DNA of 33,134 nucleotides from the IMG/VR virus record IMGVR_UViG_3300020045_002076, positions 1 through 33,134 of that record; one strand, 5' to 3'. The position numbers and the translations under genes were made by a program. A model generated the notes under the pieces. The model did not search any database. It was not told the DNA's origin and worked only from the letters and a program-made list of their open reading frames with translations. This DNA is from a virus (Duplodnaviria > Caudoviricetes). Below, piece by piece: positions 9,230-16,110 of the stretch (position 1 is its first letter; every line of letters begins with the position of its first letter).

Positions 9230-9400
9230 TTATTCCCCTTGCTCAGTTGATTTCTTACGTTTCGGCGTAGCAACTTCAAGCGATGCTGGTTCAACTTCTT
9301 TGACGTACGGCGCAAAGTATTCACCAATCTCTCCGCTTGTTTCAATCTTATCGCCAGCTTTAAAGCCGCCGAAGTCTTCCGTTAGTTCGTATGTCTTCAT
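9230..9400 (-). CDS. 56-aa hypothetical head-region protein, not in ORF track
   Basis: MKTYELTEDFGGFKAGDKIE...LEVATPKRKK; AAGAG RBS and TGTTAAAAT promoter at 9439-9447. Confidence 0.65.
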   Translation of the reverse strand: MKTYELTEDFGGFKAGDKIETSGEIGEYFAPYVKEVEPASLEVATPKRKKSTEQGE

Positions 9401-9415
9401 GATTTTCTCTTATTA

Positions 9416-9436
9416 AAAAGGGAGCCTAAGCTCCCT
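9416..9436 (-). terminator. Terminator after major capsid gene
   Basis: Minus strand AGGGAGC-TTAG-GCTCCCT-TTT. Confidence 0.7.
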
Positions 9437-9465
9437 ATATTTTAACACAACTTTACGATGCAATA

Positions 9466-10593
9466 TTACGCAACGTTGGAGAAGTTGAACACGCCGCAGT
9501 GACCCGCGTAGTCGTTGCGGATTTGCAGGCCCATAGCGCCGTAAATCATGAAATTGTAGTTGTCCAATGGGTTTACACGGCTCATCGGAACGACAGCAAC
9601 TGATGCGCCAACCAGCGGGCGAATGAAGTCAGCAGAGCGAACATAACCAAACATTGCCTGACCGCCTGACAGCTTGAATGTGCGTTTGAATGCGCCGATT
9701 CGTGCAAATTTCAGAATTTCAGTTTCCAATGTACCGTCTTTGAAGCCAGCTGAGCCAGAAAGAGGACGCTGCAACACGCGCATGATTTCTGGTGACACCC
9801 ACAACACATCCAAACGGTCTACAAAGTTGTTATCCAGCGCGGTAGCCAGATACACAGTGAAGAACGTGATGATTTGATCATTGGTAGCGGTGGTGAAATC
9901 AATGTTCGCACCAGCTACTCCGCCAACAGTGCCAGAGCCCAAGTTTACTTGGTAGCTGTTACGATGGTTACGGATACCCTGACCAACAGCGCCGTCAACC
10001 TTGATTTTTGTATCACCGTTCAACATATAGTCGGCAATGTTAGACAGTACCCACTTCATTTTCAGCGCCTGAGAATCCAGCGCGAAATCGATGCCTTCCG
10101 TCAGGCCGCCAGTTGCTTTGCGGAAATTGACACCATAGCCAGCGGTAAACGTTGGGATTGGGTCTGAGTCGTAGATGTTTTCGTTGTGGTCGAAATCAGT
10201 TGGAGTTTTGAAATCCATGCTGCGAGCCACGCCAGTCGATAAGTCAGTGCCTTTTGCGTAAGCATTTGATGTCTTACCGATAGACAGTGGTTTAGCCAGT
10301 GGCATGATGTCAGTCAGGAATTCACGGCCTTGGTCGTTGTCTTTCACCTGAATGCTGGTGCGGTCAGTTTCGCGCCAGAAGTCTAAGCCAGGTTTACCTG
10401 CGTTACCAACCAAACCAAAAGCGGAGTTGATTTCGATATCTACTGGTTGCAAGTCATTACCGTACATGTCAACAAAGTGTCGTGATTGCGATGCAATTAC
10501 ACGGCGCTGTGACAGCATTTGCTCTTTTTGTGTTCGCAGCGAGGCACCATCTTTGGTGTTCGCTTGCAGGTCTTTTTCTTCAAAAACTAACAT
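9466..10593 (-). CDS. Major capsid protein (HK97 fold)
   Basis: 375 aa; DFWRE.D, D.DPIP.F..GYG...R and YNF.IYGAMGLQIR.D..G..GV motifs; follows protease and decoration genes; AAGGGG RBS. Confidence 0.9.
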   Translation of the reverse strand: MLVFEEKDLQANTKDGASLRTQKEQMLSQRRVIASQSRHFVDMYGNDLQPVDIEINSAFGLVGNAGKPGLDFWRETDRTSIQVKDNDQGREFLTDIMPLAKPLSIGKTSNAYAKGTDLSTGVARSMDFKTPTDFDHNENIYDSDPIPTFTAGYGVNFRKATGGLTEGIDFALDSQALKMKWVLSNIADYMLNGDTKIKVDGAVGQGIRNHRNSYQVNLGSGTVGGVAGANIDFTTATNDQIITFFTVYLATALDNNFVDRLDVLWVSPEIMRVLQRPLSGSAGFKDGTLETEILKFARIGAFKRTFKLSGGQAMFGYVRSADFIRPLVGASVAVVPMSRVNPLDNYNFMIYGAMGLQIRNDYAGHCGVFNFSNVA

Positions 10594-10604
10594 TTGTTAT
10601 CCCC

Positions 10605-11036
10605 TTATGCAAAACGAACTTTTACCAACTGTGCGGCAGCGCCAACAGTCAGAGCTTCTTGTGAGTACGCGATCACTTCATCAGTGCCAAGCACAGCAAT
10701 TCGCAAAGTACCGTCACCAGCGGAGGTTAAAGGAGTATCTTCAACCAGCACCAGAGTTGCTTTAATCAGTACCGCTAATTCACGACCTGTTTCTGCAATC
10801 TCACCAACAATGGTTGAGCTTGCCGCGATAGTATCGCCAGATTGCTGCCCTTCACTTTCGTTAGTGTTAACGATGTAAATTGAGTCTTGTTTCTTACCGT
10901 CAGTGGCATGCTTGATAAATGTGCCGGATGATAGCTTGACAACGTTACCAGCTTGCAGCGTGATAGCACCGGATAATTTTGTTTTTGTGCATGACTTACC
11001 GTCAAGGTTCACACGAGCGTAACGACCAATAGCCAT
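10605..11036 (-). CDS. Capsid decoration/stabilising protein
   Basis: RYARVNLDG N-terminus, D.PLTS.GDG.L..A and IAYSQEA motifs; between scaffold and MCP. Confidence 0.75.
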   Translation of the reverse strand: MAIGRYARVNLDGKSCTKTKLSGAITLQAGNVVKLSSGTFIKHATDGKKQDSIYIVNTNESEGQQSGDTIAASSTIVGEIAETGRELAVLIKATLVLVEDTPLTSAGDGTLRIAVLGTDEVIAYSQEALTVGAAAQLVKVRFA

Positions 11037-11040
11037 TTAA

Positions 11041-12492
11041 TTAGCCCTCAAATTTGTAGTCAGCGAATGGGTCAGCGTTAGCTTCGCCAGCAGCCCGGTT
11101 AGCATTCAGACCGAAAGCCGGTTGTTTCTGATTAGCAATCAGGCCGCGCAATGCAACGATACCGCATTCTTTTGCGGCTTCTTCTGGTAACAGTTTGGCG
11201 TTAACCACTTGCTGAATTAGGCCGTCTTTTTCGGCTTGCTCTGAATTGGTTTTCATTGTTTGCATCATCTGATTGCACACATCTGTGCAGATTTTCTTCA
11301 TAGATTCTTCCAGTTGTGATGCGTTTACCGCGAGGGCATCCGCAATCATTTTTTCGGCTTCTTGTTTTTCCACTTGTTCGCCCTCACGGCTGTTATTCAT
11401 AGGTATTTCGGACTGTTCGTCCTGTCCTGTTGATTTTACCACACTTTTCACTATGTCAACAATCTTGCCGATTACACCGCCAAAAACATAGTTTCGCTGT
11501 GTCTCAACCTTCTTGATATCGCCTACAAATTCAATTTCTCCGTTTGTGATTGCATATTTTACGCTATACAATCCGAAGCGAGTGTAGAATATCGCCGTGT
11601 CTTCGTTGTAGTCATCGATTTCGCAATAAACATCTTCATCGGTTTTTTCTGATAGAGAGCTAAATAAACAAGCGTCTTTGGCTGCATCCTCTAATTTGCG
11701 GCGAATCTTATTTGAGGATAACGAAAAATCCTCACCACTAGATAGATTGCAATACATCACCTCAACTTCTTGCTCACCATCTGCGTTCACGAAAATACCC
11801 ACACCTTGCTCTGGTGTTGCCGCGCCGATTTCGCCGACTAGAATGGCATCGTGGTTGAATGTGTCGATGTTGGCTTTGTATTCGTATTCTTGCCCGGCTG
11901 CGTTCGTTCCAAGCTCAGGTACGCGAGACAAGTAAACCCCGGTTGATGTATGAATTGGCTGCTTTTTGGCAATGGCATTCGCAACAATCTTGCCACGGGT
12001 GGAGTTTTGCAACGCTTCTGTCGGGATGTACTTATCAACCAGCCAGCTACCGTCTTGCGCTTGACCCGTTACTTTGTTGAATGCGCCGGATAAGCCGTGT
12101 TTGGCTTGACTCATCATGTCGTAGGCATCGGCAAAGCGACCATTAACGACTGGGTGACCCAATGTGACAGGAGTCATATTCAGCGTGTCGATGGTGCGCT
12201 TAACCTCATCAGCTGGGTACATAATGCCATTCATGACTATGTCTTTCGGCAAGGTCTTAGATGGCAGGACTGTAAACTCTACGCCTTCGATTGTCTCAGT
12301 GCGGATGGCGGAATTGTCAACCAGCGTGGAAATGTTAACCAACAACTGATTGCCAGTTGGTTCTTTCGCGTGTTTGATTTTGTTGATTTCATCTTCACGC
12401 GCTTGCGCATCTTCTTTTGTCGCAAAACTGCCGAGACGCTTTGTGCCATCTTTGCTGTATAGCTCGAATTTACCTTTGATTTTCTTAATCAT
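11041..12492 (-). CDS. Prohead protease / scaffold fusion (DUF2213-like)
   Basis: DIVMNGIMYP..E, P.TLGHP, STG and HDAIL..E.GA..P.QG.GIFVN motifs; helical C-terminal scaffold. Confidence 0.85.
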   Translation of the reverse strand: MIKKIKGKFELYSKDGTKRLGSFATKEDAQAREDEINKIKHAKEPTGNQLLVNISTLVDNSAIRTETIEGVEFTVLPSKTLPKDIVMNGIMYPADEVKRTIDTLNMTPVTLGHPVVNGRFADAYDMMSQAKHGLSGAFNKVTGQAQDGSWLVDKYIPTEALQNSTRGKIVANAIAKKQPIHTSTGVYLSRVPELGTNAAGQEYEYKANIDTFNHDAILVGEIGAATPEQGVGIFVNADGEQEVEVMYCNLSSGEDFSLSSNKIRRKLEDAAKDACLFSSLSEKTDEDVYCEIDDYNEDTAIFYTRFGLYSVKYAITNGEIEFVGDIKKVETQRNYVFGGVIGKIVDIVKSVVKSTGQDEQSEIPMNNSREGEQVEKQEAEKMIADALAVNASQLEESMKKICTDVCNQMMQTMKTNSEQAEKDGLIQQVVNAKLLPEEAAKECGIVALRGLIANQKQPAFGLNANRAAGEANADPFADYKFEG

Positions 12493-12548
12493 GAATTTAT
12501 ACCAGTTGTCTAGACTGGTGATATTTTAGCATGGAATTGCAGTCAAAG

Positions 12549-12572
12549 AAAAAACCCTCACGAGGAGGGCTT
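12549..12572 (-). terminator. Terminator closing the terB unit
   Basis: Minus strand CCCTC-CTCGT-GAGGG-TTTTTT. Confidence 0.7.
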
Positions 12573-12725
12573 GTTATCTTCTTCTTTCATCTGCCATAGC
12601 AGGTAGATTGCAACACCAACCAACATACCATCTGATAAAACTGAAAGTATCGTTGAGGTGAAATCAACCAGAATGCTAAGGCACATAAATAATATCGCCG
12701 TTGCAAACTTGGCATTTTTAAACAT
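12558..12725 (-). CDS. 55-aa two-TM membrane protein coupled to TerB, not in ORF track
   Basis: MFKNAKFATAILFMCLSILVDFTSTILSVLSDGMLVGVAIYLLWQMKEEDNKPSS; start overlaps terB stop (ATGTTTAA). Confidence 0.7.
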   Translation of the reverse strand: MFKNAKFATAILFMCLSILVDFTSTILSVLSDGMLVGVAIYLLWQMKEEDNKPSS

Positions 12726-13152
12726 AGTCAGAAATCCGCAAACCTAAGCGCTGTGCAACTGTTTCAAGTTCTTTTTGCTCTGCTGGTTCGATTTCGCCAT
12801 CTGCTTCTGCAATGGTCAGCATGTTAAGAAGTACGTCTTCTTTTTGTTGCGGGTCTGATTTAATGTCTTCGATTTCACGAAGAATTTCAGCTCGAGCAAC
12901 GCGATAACCCGACTGCAAGCGCTCAGAGAAGCGATTAACCAGTTCTGTGATTTCGCTACCAAAGTGCTCAAGATTTTTATTTGTGCGCAACAGTGAATCA
13001 ATTTTCTTAACTTCTGAATCTTCAATATCACCATCCGCCGCAGCAACCAATAAGCAGCCACCTACGACAGCTTCCAGCAGGTCGCGGTTTTCGAATTTCT
13101 TAACTTCTGCTTTAGCTTGGTTTACTTTTTTACCGAATAATTTACCGAACAT
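12718..13152 (-). CDS. terB: TerB-family (tellurite resistance-like) protein
   Basis: Duplicated motif LVAAADG.IE..E and IAEADGEIEPAE...L..VA..LGL. Confidence 0.88.
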   Translation of the reverse strand: MFGKLFGKKVNQAKAEVKKFENRDLLEAVVGGCLLVAAADGDIEDSEVKKIDSLLRTNKNLEHFGSEITELVNRFSERLQSGYRVARAEILREIEDIKSDPQQKEDVLLNMLTIAEADGEIEPAEQKELETVAQRLGLRISDYV

Positions 13153-13169
13153 AGTTTTTTACTCCAAAA

Positions 13170-13274
13170 TAAAAGGTCAGCTTGCTATCTGTGTGGAAGT
13201 GGGCTCTCAAATAAACCCAACAGATTAAACAAGCTGACCTTTTACCATTTGAGATTTTGTAATGGCTTCCACAC
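13170..13274 (-). ncRNA. Structured leader / CI-c4-like riboregulator upstream of terB
   Basis: 15-bp perfect inverted repeat 13170-13184/13230-13244; bulge and loop sequences complementary to 13266-13274 and 13247-13254. Confidence 0.6.
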
Positions 13275-13284
13275 CATGAATTAA

Positions 13285-13313
13285 AGATTACACTCACAAT
13301 TGGTATTGGTCAA
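13285..13313 (-). promoter_or_regulatory. Sigma70-type promoter for terB unit
   Basis: TTGACC-N17-TAATCT on minus strand. Confidence 0.75.
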
Positions 13314-13337
13314 TATGTTTTTTGTAATTTTTAGCCA

Positions 13338-13365
13338 AAGAAAAAGCCAGTGATTAGCTGGCTTT
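13338..13365 (-). terminator. Terminator after acb2
   Basis: Minus strand AAAGCCAG-CTAATCA-CTGGCTTTTTCTTT. Confidence 0.75.
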
Positions 13366-13437
13366 ATTGTTAAATCTTCCATTAGGTAGCTGGTAGTCAA
13401 AGAGTCCAGCTCTCGCTGCATCGATTTAACTTGTTAC

Positions 13438-13662
13438 TTAAAATGTGGTTGGCTGCGCAATTGATCTAACCGCTGCCATGAAACCTTTCTGTAAATCTTC
13501 TTTTGCAATGGAAACCCAACGCTGGTCCAACTTATCGTTTTGCTCTAACTCTTCAATCAAAATGCCAACGCGAGACGCCTCTGCCTTAACTGCATTCATT
13601 GCATCAATTTCAGCCTGGCTCAGATCGCGATATCCACTAATTTTCTTATGTTGATTATCCAT
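13438..13662 (-). CDS. acb2: Acb2-family anti-CBASS cyclic nucleotide sponge
   Basis: MDNQHKKI.GYRDLSQ.EID.MN.VK N-terminus and RW..IAK.D.Q.G.MA..R.IAQP..F C-terminus closely match Pseudomonas phage Acb2 as recalled; AAGAGG RBS. Confidence 0.92.
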   Translation of the reverse strand: MDNQHKKISGYRDLSQAEIDAMNAVKAEASRVGILIEELEQNDKLDQRWVSIAKEDLQKGFMAAVRSIAQPTTF

Positions 13663-13689
13663 TTAATCATCCTCTTAACTAATTTTGTG

Positions 13690-14115
13690 ATAACAGCGCC
13701 GTACATATGCAGAGGGCGCTGTCTAATTTGGAGCGAGTGGTCAGCGTTTGATAATTTATATAGCCATGCCGACAGATTACAGCTCTTACACTTACGTTAT
13801 CAGTTGGTAACTCTTTACGCGGCTCGGCCGGCAACCTTATTACAGGAAGAGAACTCCACATTTCTGTGTTCTGGTTGAGTTTTTAACTAATCAAGGTTTT
13901 GCACGCCAACAGATTAGAGCTCTTGCCCATTCGCTACGCTTCACAGCGTTGCTATGGTTGAAAGCCTAGCGGTAGCGACAAGGTTAGGCTTTCTTTGTTG
14001 TGGGCTCGAACCACCTACATTAACTCTGCACCAAGCTTGCAACGGAATCGAACTGTTTGAGTTTATGCTTCACCAATTTAACACAACTGTTGTTGTGATT
14101 ACCTTCCCAGATATC
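13690..14115 (-). ncRNA. Putative large structured ncRNA with tRNA-like elements
   Basis: No credible ORF; two T-loops (GTTCGATTC, GGTTCGAGCC), D-loop-like AATTGGTG, GNRA-capped hairpins, 23-nt imperfect repeat, acceptor-like end CCACTCGCTCCA; promoter at 14124-14156. Confidence 0.6.
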
Positions 14116-14131
14116 CGCAACAATTTAATTA

Positions 14132-14350
14132 TTACACAACTTCGTTATCTTTGCAAGCCACAAATTCAACTCCACACCGAACATAATCAAAAACAGCATG
14201 ACATTTAACGCCAGCCATAAGCACCGTGCGCTGTTCTGTGTACTCAATGAAGTTCTCTATGCCGTAACTACTTGCAATCGTGCAGGCGCATCGCAGGAGG
14301 TCGTCACCGCTATCCTGATGCATCTGGTCTTTAGTGAGTTGAATGAACAT
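14132..14350 (-). CDS. Hypothetical protein (72 aa)
   Basis: ATG with GGGA RBS and TGGTAAAAT promoter at 14380-14388. Confidence 0.6.
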   Translation of the reverse strand: MFIQLTKDQMHQDSGDDLLRCACTIASSYGIENFIEYTEQRTVLMAGVKCHAVFDYVRCGVEFVACKDNEVV

Positions 14351-14474
14351 GGATTTTATCCCGTAGTTGTCGTGTGGCTATTTTACCATTTGCATCGCCG
14401 CAGGAACCTAAAAATAAACTCCGATTTACCATTTACCACAACGTACCAATGTGGCATACTAGGTAGGCTCCTGA

Positions 14475-14600
14475 ACAACAATATACATAAATACTCTCTT
14501 ATAGAGATTATAATCTTTATATTATTTATATATAGAGATAAAAAAAGACAGCTATCTGCTGTCTTTTAGGTTTTTTAAAATATTAACTTATGAACTTTTT
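14475..14600. other. AT-rich origin-like region A with hairpin
   Basis: TATATATAGAG, A-run + AAAAGACAGC-TATCT-GCTGTCTTTT hairpin, AAATATTAA; same layout as region B after primase. Confidence 0.45.
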
Positions 14601-14639
14601 TAAATCTTGCTACAGAAAAACGTCATTTTCTGAATTTTC

Positions 14640-14690
14640 AAAGCCGCTCAAATATGGATATTCCTAATAAATGAGGTATTTGAGCGGTTT
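14640..14690. terminator. Long inverted repeat downstream of nuclease gene
   Basis: aagccgctcaaata ... tatttgagcggttt. Confidence 0.55.
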
Positions 14691-14732
14691 CATTGTTAGA
14701 TGATAGCACTAATCAGTGCATTTCATCAAATT

Positions 14733-15401
14733 TTACGCTAGTTCGTACCTTGTGTGCTCCGCCTTTGTCTTTCCATGTATGACAACGTTTAACTTGATGG
14801 TGCCATCAGTAAGAAGTTTGCTTATTGCTGCATCTGTGTCTAGATCGCTTATGTCTAGCTTCTTTGATTTGCAGCACTGTCTTATCACAGATGGTGGCGT
14901 TGGTTTTTTCTTTTTGGTAAGTATTGATATGACTCTTTCAACTGTAACGATGTCTTTGCTTTTCTTGGTCGCTTCGTTTTTTTCACCTGGAGTTTTCACG
15001 TCTTCACAAACTGCTTTGTATGCGATCATCTCTGGTGTTGATTTTATTGAAACAAGAATGTCTCCATCTTTTCCTATTGTAGGTATTTTTGTTGTTCTGA
15101 TGAAGTTAACACCTGCGTCATTAAAAATGTTCATGCAGTCATATATGGTAATCCCATTAAAATACTCTGTTGGCCCGTTTGGTTCGCACAACAACGTAGC
15201 AGACGTTAGCAATTCTCTCTCCATGTCGCTATGCAATGGAATGACATCTGTAAAAATTATGTCAACAATATCAACACAAAACTTTCTTGCTGAGCTTCTA
15301 TGTTCACCCAGTCTCTTTATTATATTTACGCTTTTCCCTATTTTTACCGTTCCATTATTGAACTCTATTGCATAGCAGTAACCAAAATCATGCTCTTTCA
15401 T
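14733..15401 (-). CDS. GIY-YIG-like (T5orf172/Mug113-type) nuclease domain fused to primase-like C-terminal domain
   Basis: GYCYAI...VKIGKS.N..KRL.EH...E.EL...EYF N-terminal motif; last ~68 aa align with the primase C-terminus. Confidence 0.75.
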   Translation of the reverse strand: MKEHDFGYCYAIEFNNGTVKIGKSVNIIKRLGEHRSSARKFCVDIVDIIFTDVIPLHSDMERELLTSATLLCEPNGPTEYFNGITIYDCMNIFNDAGVNFIRTTKIPTIGKDGDILVSIKSTPEMIAYKAVCEDVKTPGEKNEATKKSKDIVTVERVISILTKKKKPTPPSVIRQCCKSKKLDISDLDTDAAISKLLTDGTIKLNVVIHGKTKAEHTRYELA

Positions 15402-15437
15402 ATAATACCTTTATGATGAATGTGAACTTACAAATAC

Positions 15438-15466
15438 ATTATAACTCTATTGTTATAAAGCTACAA
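15438..15466 (-). promoter_or_regulatory. Sigma70 promoter of nuclease gene with overlapping operator-like palindrome
   Basis: TTGTAG-N17-TATAAT; TTATAAC-N6-GTTATAA at 15439-15458. Confidence 0.6.
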
Positions 15467-15589
15467 CACGCATATCTAATATTCTGTATTTGCGTATTTT
15501 TACTTGTTATTAAAGTGTTTTTTTATTATAGGAAATATCTACAATTCATTTACTTATTACGCTTATGTAAATTTACATCATTAAGCGTA

Positions 15590-15618
15590 TTGCAATCATG
15601 TAATAGTTAACCTACACT
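15590..15618 (+). promoter_or_regulatory. Sigma70 promoter of plus-strand island with island motif in the spacer
   Basis: TTGCAA-N17-TACACT; TGTAATAGTTAAC at 15599-15611. Confidence 0.7.
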
Positions 15619-15648
15619 AGGTTTAATGATTACAAATTGAGATGCAAA

Positions 15649-15858
15649 ATGGTTCACATTCCAGATTCACAGATTATGACGAAGCCTTGCGATTGGTGCG
15701 GCGAGGAGTTTAGTTACATCGAAAACTCCAACTCATCACATGCACCGCGAAAGTTCTGCAACAAAAACGGCACAAATGCTTGCGCAGTGGCATATCACAG
15801 AGCAAAGCGCGCACAGCGTAAATTAGCAGTTAAGGAGATTAAAGATGATAAATGCTAA
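15649..15858 (+). CDS. Small Zn-finger-like basic protein
   Basis: CDWC.EEF...RKFC......C...YHR with basic tail; ATG 15649 preferred. Confidence 0.65.
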   Translation: MVHIPDSQIMTKPCDWCGEEFSYIENSNSSHAPRKFCNKNGTNACAVAYHRAKRAQRKLAVKEIKDDKC

Positions 15859-16099
15859 AGCGATGTGTGATTATCTGAATGAGATTCACGCTATTGATAA
15901 CAACTTCTTGCAGCAATTAACCGATAACAGAGTTCCAGTTACTAACGCTGTAGCCAAAAGCCAAGTCATGTGTGCACTAGTGAATGACGTTGTAGAAAGT
16001 GGGGTCATTGGTGTACTTAATGGCTTTGTTGAAGGTGGTTTCATAGCTTGTTGCTATGAAAATGGAAAGCTAGAAGGTTTTTGTGTAATTGAAAATTAA
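15845..16099 (+). CDS. Hypothetical protein (84 aa)
   Basis: AAGGAG RBS, operon context. Confidence 0.7.
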   Translation: MINAKAMCDYLNEIHAIDNNFLQQLTDNRVPVTNAVAKSQVMCALVNDVVESGVIGVLNGFVEGGFIACCYENGKLEGFCVIEN

Positions 16100-16110
16100 G
16101 GAGATTAAAG

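Noticed and set aside
13690-13730. Theta/HDV-like or twister ribozyme after the CCA-like end
   Set aside because: Could not build the nested double pseudoknot or conserved catalytic core by eye; needs an Infernal/RNArobo search
13765-13924. Mini CRISPR array from the 23-nt repeat
   Set aside because: Only two imperfect copies, 114-nt spacer, no cas genes
13995-14090. Canonical tRNA genes suggested by two T-loop motifs
   Set aside because: No complete cloverleaf could be built: the anticodon arm is missing in one, and D-arm/acceptor are unclear in the other; reported as tRNA-like ncRNA instead
13648-14208. Track ORFs 13648-13878, 13679-13861 and 13954-14208
   Set aside because: No convincing RBS or recognisable motifs; they overlap the structured region
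14655-14672. Complementarity of the hairpin loop (GGATATTCCTAATAAA) to 15521-15540
   Set aside because: AT-rich, gapped match and the partner lies upstream of the predicted promoter; likely chance
14716-15375. Long antisense ORF (219 aa) opposite the nuclease
   Set aside because: Codon-register shadow of the minus-strand gene, no RBS; the same applies to antisense ORFs over tape measure, capsid, portal, terL and primase
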